64,000 bases of DNA. It comes from an uncultured Chloroflexia bacterium. Its GTDB lineage: Bacteria > Chloroflexota > Limnocylindria > Limnocylindrales > CSP1-4. The position numbers and the translations under genes were made by a program. The stretch lies in contig CAVVCZ010000004.1 of the NCBI GenBank assembly GCA_963746845.1, positions 352,001 to 416,000 of the forward strand, read 5' to 3'. Of the stretch, positions 49,144 through 59,269 are shown piece by piece. Position 1 is the first letter of the stretch. Each line of letters starts with the position of its first letter. The notes under the pieces are model-generated. The model saw only the letters and a list, made by a program, of their open reading frames with translations, made no database searches and was not told the origin of the DNA.

Positions 49144-50406
49144 TCAGGCGACCCCGATCACCTTGGCGAACTGCTGGTTGAAGTACGTCTCGTCTTCCTC
49201 GCTCAGGGCCCCGAAGATGTGGAGGCGGGCGACCCAGTCCGGCGGCGGGTTGAGCAGGGGGCTGTTCGCGAGCTCGGGGTGACTCTTCGCAAGGATCTCG
49301 TCCGAGCCCTTGACCGGCGAGATGTACGCAACGCCCGCGGAGACCGTCGCCGACACCGCAGGGTCGTAGTAGTAGTTGATCAGCAGCTCGGCCGTGCCCT
49401 TGTGGGCAGCGCCTTTCGGGATCATCAGGTTGTCCGTCCAGAGCATGCCGCCCTCGGTGGCGAGGTTGTACTTGAGGGTCGGCTTGTCGATCTGGCCGTA
49501 GACCATGTCGCCGGACCAGGCCATCGCCAGGACGGTGTCGCCGCTCTTGAGGTCCTCGAGGTAGCTCTGGCCCTTGACGTCGCGGATCACGCCGTCCGCC
49601 TTGGCCTTCTGCATCAGGGCGACCGCCTGGTCGCAGCCGTCGCGCGTCGGCTTCGAGGGATCGAGCCCGAGCTGGAGCATCGACAGCCCGATCGCGTCGC
49701 GCATCTCGGTCAGGTAGTTGACCTTGCCCTTCCAGCGCGGATCCGGCGTGTACAGCGAGGCGAGGCTCGTGACCTCGCCGGCCTTGGCCGAGTCGAACCC
49801 GAGACCGGTCGTCCCCGACCGCCACGGCGCATGGTGGGAGTTGTCCGGATCCCAGTCGAGGTTCCGGTAGACGTCCTTGAGGTTGGCGATGACGTTCGGG
49901 ACGTTGGCCGGATCGAACTTCTCCACCCAGCCGAGCCGGATGAGCCGGGCGGCCATCCAGTCCGTGAGGGTGATGACGTCCCAGCCGGTGTCCTTGCCGG
50001 TGTTGAGCGCATCCTTGATCGTGGCGACGAAGTCCTCGTTGCCCTCGATGACCTCCTGGTAGTGGACCGTCGTGCCGTACTTCGTCTTGAACGCGTCGAC
50101 CGTCGGGAACTTGGTCGCGTCGTTCGGGTCGACGTCCATGTAGGCCGACCAGTTGGCCCAGTTCAGCTCGGGCGACGGGGTCGCGGCGATCGGCGGGACC
50201 GCCGAGGGCGACCCGGCGGACGAGGCCGTCGGCCCGACCGACGACGGCGGGGTCGACGCGACCGCGGCCTCGGATGCCTCCGCGCTCGCGGCGGGCTTGG
50301 TCCCTGTGCAGGCGGCGAGGAACGCCGCGAAGCCCGCCAGGGCCGTGCCCTGGATGAAGCGGCGACGGGTGAGGTCGGGGTTCAGGCGCTCCGGTCGATC
50401 GGCCAT
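49144..50406 (-). CDS. potD: polyamine ABC substrate-binding lipoprotein with Tat signal
   Basis: TRRRFI and LAAC lipobox; NWSAY, WSGD and WTDNL. Confidence 0.88.
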   Translation of the reverse strand: MADRPERLNPDLTRRRFIQGTALAGFAAFLAACTGTKPAASAEASEAAVASTPPSSVGPTASSAGSPSAVPPIAATPSPELNWANWSAYMDVDPNDATKFPTVDAFKTKYGTTVHYQEVIEGNEDFVATIKDALNTGKDTGWDVITLTDWMAARLIRLGWVEKFDPANVPNVIANLKDVYRNLDWDPDNSHHAPWRSGTTGLGFDSAKAGEVTSLASLYTPDPRWKGKVNYLTEMRDAIGLSMLQLGLDPSKPTRDGCDQAVALMQKAKADGVIRDVKGQSYLEDLKSGDTVLAMAWSGDMVYGQIDKPTLKYNLATEGGMLWTDNLMIPKGAAHKGTAELLINYYYDPAVSATVSAGVAYISPVKGSDEILAKSHPELANSPLLNPPPDWVARLHIFGALSEEDETYFNQQFAKVIGVA

Positions 50407-50431
50407 TGATGACTCCTCGGTTCCGGCGCCG

Positions 50432-51610
50432 TCAGGCGCCGCTCGTCGCGGCCGGCTCGTCCGTGCCGCTGGTCTCTGACGGCGCACCCACGCCGCTGGG
50501 TTGGGCGGTGTCATCGTCGGCGGATGGCACGACGAAGCTGTGGTCCGGAGCCCACGTGAGCTGGACCTTGTCGCCGCGTGCCCACAGCTCGCTGCGGGTC
50601 GCCCGCTCGACGTTCTGCTCGTACACGGTCAGATTGCCCGCCGGCGACTCGACGAGGTACTGGGTGCTCACGCCCAGGTACGACGCGTCGCGGACGGTGC
50701 CGCTCATCCGGTTGTGGCCGGCCGGCCCCGCCGTCTCGGGATCGCTGAGGCGGATCTTCTCCGGACGAACGCCGATGCCGATCCGCGTCTTGCCGTTGGT
50801 CAGGGCCCGCGGGATCCGGACGGTCGTGTCGTCGCCGAGGCGGGCGCTCGTGTACGAGTCGTCGGATCCGACGATCGTCGCGGCGAGCAGGTTGCTGACC
50901 CCGAGGAACCCGGCGACGAAACGGCTCGTGGGCCGTTCGTAGAGGGCCTCGGGGTCACCGAGCTGCTCGTACTTCCCCTGGTTCATCACGGCGATGCGAT
51001 CGGACATCGTCATCGCCTCCTCCTGGTCGTGGGTCACGTAGATGAACGTGATCCCGACCTCCTGCTGGATCCGCTTCAGCTCGACCTGCATCTGCTTGCG
51101 CAGCTTCAGGTCCAGCGCCCCGAGCGGCTCGTCGAGCAGCAGCACCGCGGGCCGGTTGATCAGGGCCCGGGCGAGCGCGACGCGCTGCGCCTGCCCACCG
51201 GAGATCTGGGTCGGCTTGCGGCCCTCGAAGCCCGGCAGCTCGACGAGGCGGAGCATGTCCGTGACCCGGGTCTTCACCTCGGGCCCCTTGATGCCCTTGC
51301 GGCGCAGGCCGAAGGCGACGTTCTCGAAGATCGTCAGGTGGGGGAAGAGGGCGTAGTTCTGGAAGACCGTGTTGACGTTGCGCTTGAACGGCGGCAGCCA
51401 CGTGACGTCCTGGCCCTGGAGCTCGATCAGCCCGGAGGTCGCCTGCTCGAAGCCGCCGATCATCCGGAGGGTCGTCGTCTTGCCGCAGCCCGATGGCCCG
51501 AGCAGGCTGAAGAACTCGCCGATGCGGACCTCGAGGTTGATGTGATCGACGGCATACGTGTCGCCGAACTTCTTGACGACATCGACGAGGCGGACGTCGA
51601 CCTCAGGCAA
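50432..51610 (-). CDS. potA: polyamine ABC transporter ATPase
   Basis: [21 protein letters not shown] and TOBE C-terminus; TTG start after GGGGAG. Confidence 0.92.
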   Translation of the reverse strand: MPEVDVRLVDVVKKFGDTYAVDHINLEVRIGEFFSLLGPSGCGKTTTLRMIGGFEQATSGLIELQGQDVTWLPPFKRNVNTVFQNYALFPHLTIFENVAFGLRRKGIKGPEVKTRVTDMLRLVELPGFEGRKPTQISGGQAQRVALARALINRPAVLLLDEPLGALDLKLRKQMQVELKRIQQEVGITFIYVTHDQEEAMTMSDRIAVMNQGKYEQLGDPEALYERPTSRFVAGFLGVSNLLAATIVGSDDSYTSARLGDDTTVRIPRALTNGKTRIGIGVRPEKIRLSDPETAGPAGHNRMSGTVRDASYLGVSTQYLVESPAGNLTVYEQNVERATRSELWARGDKVQLTWAPDHSFVVPSADDDTAQPSGVGAPSETSGTDEPAATSGA

Positions 51611-51980
51611 CTTGTGCACTCCCCAGAGGCCGGAACGCCTCGACCGGCCGACGACGACCAGCTGCGCGTCCCGGGGGACACCCACCGGCGGACCTCCTCC
51701 GTCCGTCGTCGGCAGGCCGAGAATAGGTGCCGCCTGAGGAGGGTGTCAAGAACGCGAACTGCGAGCGTGGATGCACGCCGGCACCACGAGATTCGAATCT
51801 CGCAGCACGCCTTTCCGCAGTGATTCGCAGGCGTCGCGGGAGCCGTCGACCCGGTCCGAGCGGCCTGGACCGCAGCGGGGCCCGTTCGTGCAAGCCGCGG
51901 TACGATGCGGATATCGACACACGCCTCGTCAGAAGGTCCGTCCCCAGGCCGTCCCCGCCACGCTCCGAGGTTCCGCCCGC

Positions 51981-53060
51981 ATGTCCAACCTGACCGAAAG
52001 CGCCATCACCGACGCGCTCCGCCGGGTCCAGGAGCCCGAGCTCGGCCGGGACATCGTGTCCCTCGAGATGGTCAAGGCGATCGCCATCGACGGAACCGCG
52101 GTCGCCTTCACGATCGAGCTGACAACCCCGGCCTGCCCGCTCAAGGACGAGATCGAGGGCAACGCGCGCGCCGTCCTCACCGAGCTCGGCGCGACGAAGG
52201 TCGACATCACCTGGGGCGCGATGGTCCGGCGGGCCGCGCCGCGGACCGCGGAGCAGCTCCTCCCCAACGTGAAGAACATCATCGCCGTGGGGTCGGGCAA
52301 GGGCGGCGTGGGGAAGAGCACCGTGAGCGTCAACCTCGCGGTCGCGCTGGCCCAGGCGGGCGCGGCGGTCGGGCTCCTCGACGCGGACATCACCGGGCCG
52401 AACATCCCGATGATGCTCGGCGTCGACGGTCAGCCGAAGGCGAGCGACAACAACAAGATCACGCCGCTCGAGCGTCACGGCGTGAAGTGCATCTCGATCC
52501 AGTTCTTCGTCCCCGAGGGCCAGCCGATCGTCTGGCGTGGACCGCTCGTCGGCGGGGCGATCCAGCAGTTCCTTCGCGACGTCGACTGGGGCGATCTCGA
52601 CTACCTCGTCGTCGACCTGCCGCCGGGGACATCGGACGCCCAGCTGACGCTCGCCCAGTCCGTCCCGCTCAGCGGTGCGGTGCTCGTCACGACGCCCCAG
52701 GAGGTCGCGCTGAGCGACGTCGGCAAGGCCCTCGCGATGTTCAAGCGCCTGTCCGTGCCGATCCTCGGGCTCGTCGAGAACATGACCGCGTTCGCCTGCC
52801 CGCACTGCGGCGAGCTGACCGAGATCTTCGGCCGCGGGGGCGGAGAGCGGTTCTGCCAGACCCACGGCCTGGACTTCCTGGGCGGCGTGCCGCTCGACGT
52901 GACCGTCCGCCAGGGCGGCGACGTCGGCGTGCCGGCGGTCGCCCAGCGCGAGCCGGGTCCGGCAGCCCGCGCCCTGACGGCGGTCGCCGGGGCCGTGGCC
53001 GCGCGGATGAGCGTCCGTGCGGCGACCGCGGACCAGCAGCCCCTCCTTTCGATCAGTTGA
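51981..53060 (+). CDS. mrp: Mrp/NBP35 (ApbC) Fe-S carrier ATPase
   Basis: TTPACP, GKGGVGKS, DLPPGT and ENM-x3-CPHC. Confidence 0.93.
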   Translation: MSNLTESAITDALRRVQEPELGRDIVSLEMVKAIAIDGTAVAFTIELTTPACPLKDEIEGNARAVLTELGATKVDITWGAMVRRAAPRTAEQLLPNVKNIIAVGSGKGGVGKSTVSVNLAVALAQAGAAVGLLDADITGPNIPMMLGVDGQPKASDNNKITPLERHGVKCISIQFFVPEGQPIVWRGPLVGGAIQQFLRDVDWGDLDYLVVDLPPGTSDAQLTLAQSVPLSGAVLVTTPQEVALSDVGKALAMFKRLSVPILGLVENMTAFACPHCGELTEIFGRGGGERFCQTHGLDFLGGVPLDVTVRQGGDVGVPAVAQREPGPAARALTAVAGAVAARMSVRAATADQQPLLSIS

Positions 53061-53225
53061 TCGTCCCGGTCGCACCGCCTGCGACCGCACCGCACCGCTC
53101 CGCACCGCACCCGCTCGGCGCGTCCGGTCACCACCCGGCCCTCGAGCGCGGCCGCCGCGCGGGGTAGACTCGCCTTCCGGGCAGGTCGCGCGCGGCCGCT
53201 CGGACCGGTAGGGGAGGCGTGTCGA

Positions 53226-55361
53226 GTGCGCTGTCCGGCGTGCGGGGCCGACGCGGGGCCGGCGGCCCGGTTCTGTGCCCAATGCGGTTCCCGACTGTCG
53301 ACGTCGACGTCGAAGTCGACGCCGACGCCGGCCGGCAGTGTGCCGCCGACGGACGTCGTGGCCGTCATGGGCGCCACGGGAGCCGCCGGCGATCGCCGGG
53401 TGGTGACGGCCCTCTTCGCGGACCTCGTCGACTACGTCCGGCTGGTCGCCGAGCACGATCCCGAGGAGGTCCGCCGGCGGGTCGGGGCGGCGCTCGCGGC
53501 GATGGACGAGGCGATCGAGCGGTTCGACGGCACCCGGGAGAAGTTCATCGGCGATGCGGTGTTCGCGGTCTTCGGCTGGCCGGCCGCCCACGACGACGAC
53601 GCGCTCCGGGCGACCCATTGCGCCCTCGCGATCCGGGACGCGCTCGCCCGGCTCGGCGACGTGACCGGTGAGGCGCTCCAGGTGCGGATCGGGCTGGCGA
53701 CCGGCGAGGTCGTCGCGGCCCCGCGTGGCGTGCCAGGCGAGATGGACTGGTCCCTGACCGGTCCGGCGATCACGACGGCCGCCCGGCTCCAGGGCCTCGC
53801 CGGCCCGGGTGAGATCCTCCTCGACGAGCCGACCCGGCGCGCGGCCCGCAAGCGCCTTGCCGTCGAGGACCTCGGGGAGCGTCTCCTGCGCGGCCAGCGC
53901 CATCCGGTCCGGATCAGCCGCCTCGTCGGGGAGACCGGGTTCCAGCCCTGGCAGCCGCCGAGTGGCCGGCTCGTGGGCCGCGACACCGAGCGCGATCGGC
54001 TGAGCCGGCTCCTCGGCCGGCTCCGCGCGGACCACCATGGCGGTGCCGCCGTCGTCCGGGGCGAGGCGGGGATCGGGAAGTCGCGGCTGCTCGCAGATCT
54101 CGAGGGGGAGGCGCGCGCCGCGGGTCTCGCGTGGACCTGGGTCGACAACGTCTCGTACGGCCAGGCCGAGCCGTACCGGTTCGGCCGGTCGCTCGCCCAG
54201 GCCATTGCGGACGAGCACGGGATGGATTCCGGCTCGTACGTCCGCCGGCTGCTCTTCACCGGCGACGTCGACCCGGACGATCTGCGCCGGTGGGCCGGGG
54301 GGATCGCCGCGATCGCGCGGGACGCCGCGTTCTCCGGCTGGGAGGCGGAAGCGGAGCTTGTCCCGCCCGATCCGGCCGACGTCGCCAGCGCGATCCGTTC
54401 CCTCGCGCTCGCGTATCTGGATCGCCTGCTCGATCTCGACGGGCCGCGTGTCGTCGTCATCGACGACCTCCATTGGCTGGACGCGTCGAGCGCCGGCATC
54501 TTCGAGGAGCTAGTCGGCGTGACGGCCCGTGCCCCGCTGGTCCTGCTCGTCGGGAGCCGCCCGGAAGGGGTCACGTACCCGTTCCTCGATCGGCCGGGGG
54601 TCCTCCACCTCGAGCTGACCGGGCTCGACGTGCGACAGACCGGCGAGCTGGCCGGCGAGGTCTCCGGCGCCGTGGTGGACGCCGACGACGCGCAGCGGCT
54701 CCACCTCCGGACGAGCGGCAATCCGCTGTTCATCGGCGAGACGGTCCGGGCGTTCGTCGACGAGGGTGCGATCACCGACGACGGTCGGCTCGACGTGGGC
54801 GGGGCCGCATCCGCGGACCTGCCCGTCACCCTCCGGGCCATCCTCGGGAGCCGGATCGACGCCCTGTCGGCGGACAGCCGGAGCGTCCTTCGCGTCGGCG
54901 CGGTGATCGGGATGTCGTTCCGTGAGCCGGTCGTCGGCGACGTGATCGGCGAGCCGGTCGATCCGGCGCTGTACGAGCGGCTGGCGGAGGCGGCGATGAT
55001 CGTTCCGATCGACGCCACCGGAGGATGGCGGTTCTGCCACCCGTTGATCCACGACGCGGCGTACCGCAGCCTGCTCGCGACCGACCGGGCAATCCTCCAC
55101 ACCCGCATCGCGGACCGGCTCGAGGCCCGTCAGCCGTCCGGCCCGGTCGCGGCCATCGCGCGCCACCGGGCGGCGGCGGGTGATGCCACGCGCGCCATCC
55201 CGCTCCTGATCCGGGCTGCCGACCACGCGGTCGCCATGGCCGCTCCGACGGAGGCCGCAGGCTACCTGGAGACGGCCGCGGGGCTGGAGATGGACCCGAA
55301 CGTCGCGGCCGGGCTGCGCCAGCGAGCGACGGACGTCCGGGGGATGGCGCTCGTCCGCTGA
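53226..55361 (+). CDS. zinc-ribbon + class III adenylate cyclase + AAA ATPase protein
   Basis: CPAC..FCAQC, LFADL, KFIGDAV, GEAGIGKS and IDDLHW. Confidence 0.88.
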   Translation: MRCPACGADAGPAARFCAQCGSRLSTSTSKSTPTPAGSVPPTDVVAVMGATGAAGDRRVVTALFADLVDYVRLVAEHDPEEVRRRVGAALAAMDEAIERFDGTREKFIGDAVFAVFGWPAAHDDDALRATHCALAIRDALARLGDVTGEALQVRIGLATGEVVAAPRGVPGEMDWSLTGPAITTAARLQGLAGPGEILLDEPTRRAARKRLAVEDLGERLLRGQRHPVRISRLVGETGFQPWQPPSGRLVGRDTERDRLSRLLGRLRADHHGGAAVVRGEAGIGKSRLLADLEGEARAAGLAWTWVDNVSYGQAEPYRFGRSLAQAIADEHGMDSGSYVRRLLFTGDVDPDDLRRWAGGIAAIARDAAFSGWEAEAELVPPDPADVASAIRSLALAYLDRLLDLDGPRVVVIDDLHWLDASSAGIFEELVGVTARAPLVLLVGSRPEGVTYPFLDRPGVLHLELTGLDVRQTGELAGEVSGAVVDADDAQRLHLRTSGNPLFIGETVRAFVDEGAITDDGRLDVGGAASADLPVTLRAILGSRIDALSADSRSVLRVGAVIGMSFREPVVGDVIGEPVDPALYERLAEAAMIVPIDATGGWRFCHPLIHDAAYRSLLATDRAILHTRIADRLEARQPSGPVAAIARHRAAAGDATRAIPLLIRAADHAVAMAAPTEAAGYLETAAGLEMDPNVAAGLRQRATDVRGMALVR

Positions 55362-55365
55362 CCGG

Positions 55366-56193
55366 TCAGTTCAGCGGCGCCTGCGCAAGGCCCGGGCTGG
55401 CCGTGGTGCCGCCGCCGCTCGCCTCCTCGGGATCGGTGTGATGCTCGACCTCGATCCGGAGGCCCGGGTGGCCGGCAACGGCTCCCGGCCGCGCGGCGCA
55501 GGCGCCGTCGATCCGGGGGCGGAGCTCGGCGCGGAAGTGGACGAGGACCACCTGCGCCGCACCGGCGCGGTCGGCCATGTCGAGCGCTTCCTCGGGCGTC
55601 AGGTGTCCGCGTCGCGGGTCGTCGAACTCGGAGCTCACGAGGGTCGCCTCCGCGACGAACAGGTCCGCCCCGCGGGCGGCCTCGACGAAGCGATCACTCG
55701 GCCCGGTGTCGCCCGAGATCGCGATCGTGGCCCCGGCGGCATCCCTGATCACGCACCCCCACGCCGGGACGTAGTGCTGGCCCTCGACGAACGTGATCGT
55801 GAGGTCGCCGACGTGGAGACGATGGTCCGGGTCGTACTCGAGGACGCTGTAGGCGTCGTCGAAGAAGTGCGGTCGCTCGCTGATCCCGATGGCGAGCGCG
55901 TCGAGCCGGGCCTTGCCGCCGGGCGGCAGCAGGACGGGCATGTGCTCGCCGGCGACGCCCTCCCACGGCAGCAGGTAGCGGAGCGACACCAGGTCGATGT
56001 AGTGGTCGGCGTGCATGTGACCGATCACGATCGCGTCGAGCTCACGCGGATCGCGGATCGACATCAGCTCCCGGATGATCCCCTGGCCGCAGTCGACGAG
56101 CAGCGCCGTCTCGTCCGTCTCGATCAGCAGGCCGGATGCCGGAGTCTCGGGCTGTGGCTGGGAGGTCCCGCTCCCGACCACGGTCAGGCGCAC
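55366..56193 (-). CDS. MBL-fold hydrolase (RNase Z/cyclic-nucleotide phosphodiesterase-like)
   Basis: LTVVGSG, LVDCG, HMHADH, SGDT, EAT and GHLT. Confidence 0.85.
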   Translation of the reverse strand: MRLTVVGSGTSQPQPETPASGLLIETDETALLVDCGQGIIRELMSIRDPRELDAIVIGHMHADHYIDLVSLRYLLPWEGVAGEHMPVLLPPGGKARLDALAIGISERPHFFDDAYSVLEYDPDHRLHVGDLTITFVEGQHYVPAWGCVIRDAAGATIAISGDTGPSDRFVEAARGADLFVAEATLVSSEFDDPRRGHLTPEEALDMADRAGAAQVVLVHFRAELRPRIDGACAARPGAVAGHPGLRIEVEHHTDPEEASGGGTTASPGLAQAPLN

Positions 56194-56392
56194 GACGGTA
56201 GCCCGGAAGCGCTGAGCATGGAGCGGATCGTACGCATCCGCGCGACAGGGCGTCGAGTCGAAACGGGACGAGTGACCTGTCACGCGTCCGACAACGTCGG
56301 TACCAGGACCCCGACGGGCCGATCCGCGCGTCAACGCCGAACCTGCGTCGCTGGGCAGGATCGCCCGGTTCTGACGCGGTACGATCCGGACC

Positions 56393-57094
56393 ATGGTCGA
56401 CGTCGCATCCATGACCGACACGCTCGCGGCCGTCCCGCTCTTCGCGGGGCTCGACGAGGGCGGCCTCGAGAACCTGATCCGCGGGATGCGAGTGCGTCGG
56501 TTCCGGCGCGGGGAGACCGTCTTCCACGTCGGCGATCCGGGTGACGCGCTGTTCATCGTGATCTCGGGCTCGATCAAGATCACGTTGCCCGCGGACACCG
56601 GCGACGAGGCGATCCTCGCGACGCTCCGGCCGGGCGACTTCTTCGGCGAGCTCGCGCTGCTCGACGGGGCGCCGCGGAGCGCGACGGCGATCGCGATCGA
56701 GGCGACCGAGACGTACATCCTCCCGCGCGACCGGTTCCGGGCCCTGATCGCGACGGAGCCCCTCATGCGCGACACCGTCCTTGCGACGCTCGCCGCCGAG
56801 GTCCGCCGCCTGACCCACCATGTCGAGGAGCTGCACTTCCTCGACATCACGGGGCGTCTGGCGTCGCGCCTTGCGCGCCTCGCGAACGAGAGCGGCGCGA
56901 CACGCCTGCCCGACGGGACGATCCGTCTCGCGGGGCCGCTCACCCAGGGCGACCTCGCGGCGATGATCGGCTGCACCCGCCAGAGCGTGAACAAGCTGCT
57001 CGGGATGTTCACGGACGACGGGCTGATCCGCCTCGACCGCGACCGGATCGTCGTCCTGGACCTCGACGGGCTCCTGCGCGCGGCCCATCGCTGA
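56393..57094 (+). CDS. Crp/Fnr family regulator with cNMP-binding pocket
   Basis: FFGELALL..PRSA cAMP motif; HTH LTQGDLAAMIGCTRQSVNK. Confidence 0.92.
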   Translation: MVDVASMTDTLAAVPLFAGLDEGGLENLIRGMRVRRFRRGETVFHVGDPGDALFIVISGSIKITLPADTGDEAILATLRPGDFFGELALLDGAPRSATAIAIEATETYILPRDRFRALIATEPLMRDTVLATLAAEVRRLTHHVEELHFLDITGRLASRLARLANESGATRLPDGTIRLAGPLTQGDLAAMIGCTRQSVNKLLGMFTDDGLIRLDRDRIVVLDLDGLLRAAHR

Positions 57095-57107
57095 CCCGCG
57101 GCCGGCG

Positions 57108-58316
57108 TCAGCGGCCGGGGGGATGCTCCCGGAGGGCCGTCAGGGCGACGTGGACCGCGGCGAGGGCGGCGCGACTCCGGCCGTTGGCGCCGCCGAGGAA
57201 CACGATCCGGCGCTCGCGATGGACCCAGTCCGGCCCGACGACGACGACCGAGACGGCCGTGTCCGAGCCGCGGGCCCGGGCGCGGACCGCGATCCCGTGG
57301 GTCGCCTCGCCGAGCTCCCGCCCGCGCCGGGCGAGGTGCTCGAGGGCCGTCGGCGTCCCATGGGCCTTCGCCGTCGCCGTCCCTGCGCCGACTGCCTCGG
57401 CGAACGTCAGCCAGTCACGATCCCCGAGCAATGCGGCCAGCGAGCCGGCGGTCCCGACCTCGACCACTGCGAGGGAGCCTCGTCGCTCCCCGAGCGCGGC
57501 TCCGATCGCCTCGGCCCAGCTGGTCGCGCCCTCCGCCCACACGTGGCCGGCGAGGATCGTCGCGATCCGATCCGCATGCTCGTTCACGCGCACGGCCGGC
57601 GGTGATCCGTCCGCGCCCATACCACGGGCAGAGATCCGGACGTCGACGGCATCCGATCGCGCGTAGGTCGCTACCACCGGATCGGTCGCGCGGAGCAGCG
57701 CCTCACCGAGCAGCTCGGCGACCTGCGACTCGCCGATCCCCGCCAGGCGGAGGGTCCGGCTCGCGACGAGCGCGCCGAGACCGCGGGCGGCCAGCCGCGG
57801 CAAGACCTCGCCCGACCACATCGGACCCATCTCCCTGGGCGGCCCGGGCATCGCGACGATCAGCCCCCCGTCCGCTCGCTCGACCCACCAGCCGGGCGCG
57901 GTCCCGTTCGGGTTTGCGAGCGCGGCGGCCGACGGGACCAGCCAGGCCTGCTTGAGGTTCATCGCGGGGAAGGGGAGCCCGCGGCGCGACCAGATCTCGC
58001 GCAGCCACGTCTCCAGGCCCGGATCGACGGCCGGCGTCTCGCCGATGGCGCCGGCGATCGCCTCGCGGGTCAGGTCGTCGGGCGTCGGTCCGAGGCCGCC
58101 CGTGGAGACCATGAGATCTGCCCGGCCGGCACCGTCCCGGAACGCCCCGAGCACGGCCTCCAGGTCGTCCGGCAGGGCGACGATCCGGCGGACCGCGACG
58201 CCCAGCTCGGTCAGGGAGCGCGCAAGGTCGCCGGCGTTGGTGTCCCGCGTCTCGCCGACGGTCAGCTCCGTCCCGATGCTCAGGATCTCGGCGGTCAGGA
58301 TCGGGCGTGTGGCCAC
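57108..58316 (-). CDS. cinA: competence/damage-inducible protein A (C-terminal domain degenerate)
   Basis: IGTEL..G..DTN, GGLGPTPDDLT, NGTAPG and PGPPREM. Confidence 0.88.
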   Translation of the reverse strand: MATRPILTAEILSIGTELTVGETRDTNAGDLARSLTELGVAVRRIVALPDDLEAVLGAFRDGAGRADLMVSTGGLGPTPDDLTREAIAGAIGETPAVDPGLETWLREIWSRRGLPFPAMNLKQAWLVPSAAALANPNGTAPGWWVERADGGLIVAMPGPPREMGPMWSGEVLPRLAARGLGALVASRTLRLAGIGESQVAELLGEALLRATDPVVATYARSDAVDVRISARGMGADGSPPAVRVNEHADRIATILAGHVWAEGATSWAEAIGAALGERRGSLAVVEVGTAGSLAALLGDRDWLTFAEAVGAGTATAKAHGTPTALEHLARRGRELGEATHGIAVRARARGSDTAVSVVVVGPDWVHRERRIVFLGGANGRSRAALAAVHVALTALREHPPGR

Positions 58317-58508
58317 GTCGGCAGCCTATCGCACGGGATCCCGGGTCCGTGCCGGCGCTGCGGCCCGCACGCGCGCGTTGCCACCCCGCACACTGAGTAC
58401 CATCGGGCCGGGTGTCACGGAACCTTCGCGCGGTGCCGTCCGGCGATCGCGCGGCGGAACCTCCCGACACGGATCCGGCGTCGTCCGGGTCCGCGGCTGA
58501 GGTGGCCG

Positions 58509-59159
58509 ATGCACGAGATCGAGCGAAGCGGGTTCTCGGAGTTCGATCGCTGGCTCGGGCTGGCGAAGCGGACGCGCGAGCTGCTCGACGCCGCGCTCGG
58601 TGAGGGCGAGCTGCCGCTGGGCGGCGCCGACTACCTCGCCGACCGGACGCTGCCTCACCTCGAGAGCGTGCAGGCCGGGTTCGTGGGCTGGCTCCGATCC
58701 GATGCGGCCGGGGTCGACGAGCTGCGCTACCTGCTCGGCCGCGTGGCGGCGATCCGGGTGGATGCGCCCGCGAACAATGCCGAGCGACGGGCCGCCGCGG
58801 CGGAGGCCGCCGCCGAGCACGCGTTCGCGAGCCGCGAGGGGCGTCGACCGGCGGCGCTGCGGATCGCCGAGCCGTGGAGCCTCGCGGCCCTCGGCCACGC
58901 ACGGGTCGTGCTGGCGATGCTGCCCCGGATCGCGGACGACGCGGTCCGCTACCCGGCAGGGCGGCGAACGTATGCCGACATCTCCGCGCCGCGCGGCCCG
59001 GCCGAGCTGTCCGATCGGCTCGAGGAGCTGGAGCGCTCGCTATGGCACACGGCCACCGGCCACCGGCCCGATCCGACCGATCCGGCGTTCCGCCGCTCGT
59101 ACGGGTTCTTCGACGCGGCCGACCGGCTCGGCCGCTCGGCGTTCGGGATCGCCGCCTGA
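58509..59159 (+). CDS. hypothetical protein
   Basis: GAGGT SD; GC3-biased codons. Confidence 0.7.
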   Translation: MHEIERSGFSEFDRWLGLAKRTRELLDAALGEGELPLGGADYLADRTLPHLESVQAGFVGWLRSDAAGVDELRYLLGRVAAIRVDAPANNAERRAAAAEAAAEHAFASREGRRPAALRIAEPWSLAALGHARVVLAMLPRIADDAVRYPAGRRTYADISAPRGPAELSDRLEELERSLWHTATGHRPDPTDPAFRRSYGFFDAADRLGRSAFGIAA

Positions 59160-59269
59160 CGAGAGGACGTCGCGGCGCCGCGGCGGGGTATCATCCCGGG
59201 GTTCCCTGATCCCTGCCCACTGGGAGCCCGGCCCTGGACGAACCGCAGATCCCACCGCCTCCGTCCGAC

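Noticed and set aside
53080-53112. (CGCAC)n short tandem repeat
   Set aside because: Short, imperfect and intergenic; no evidence of function.
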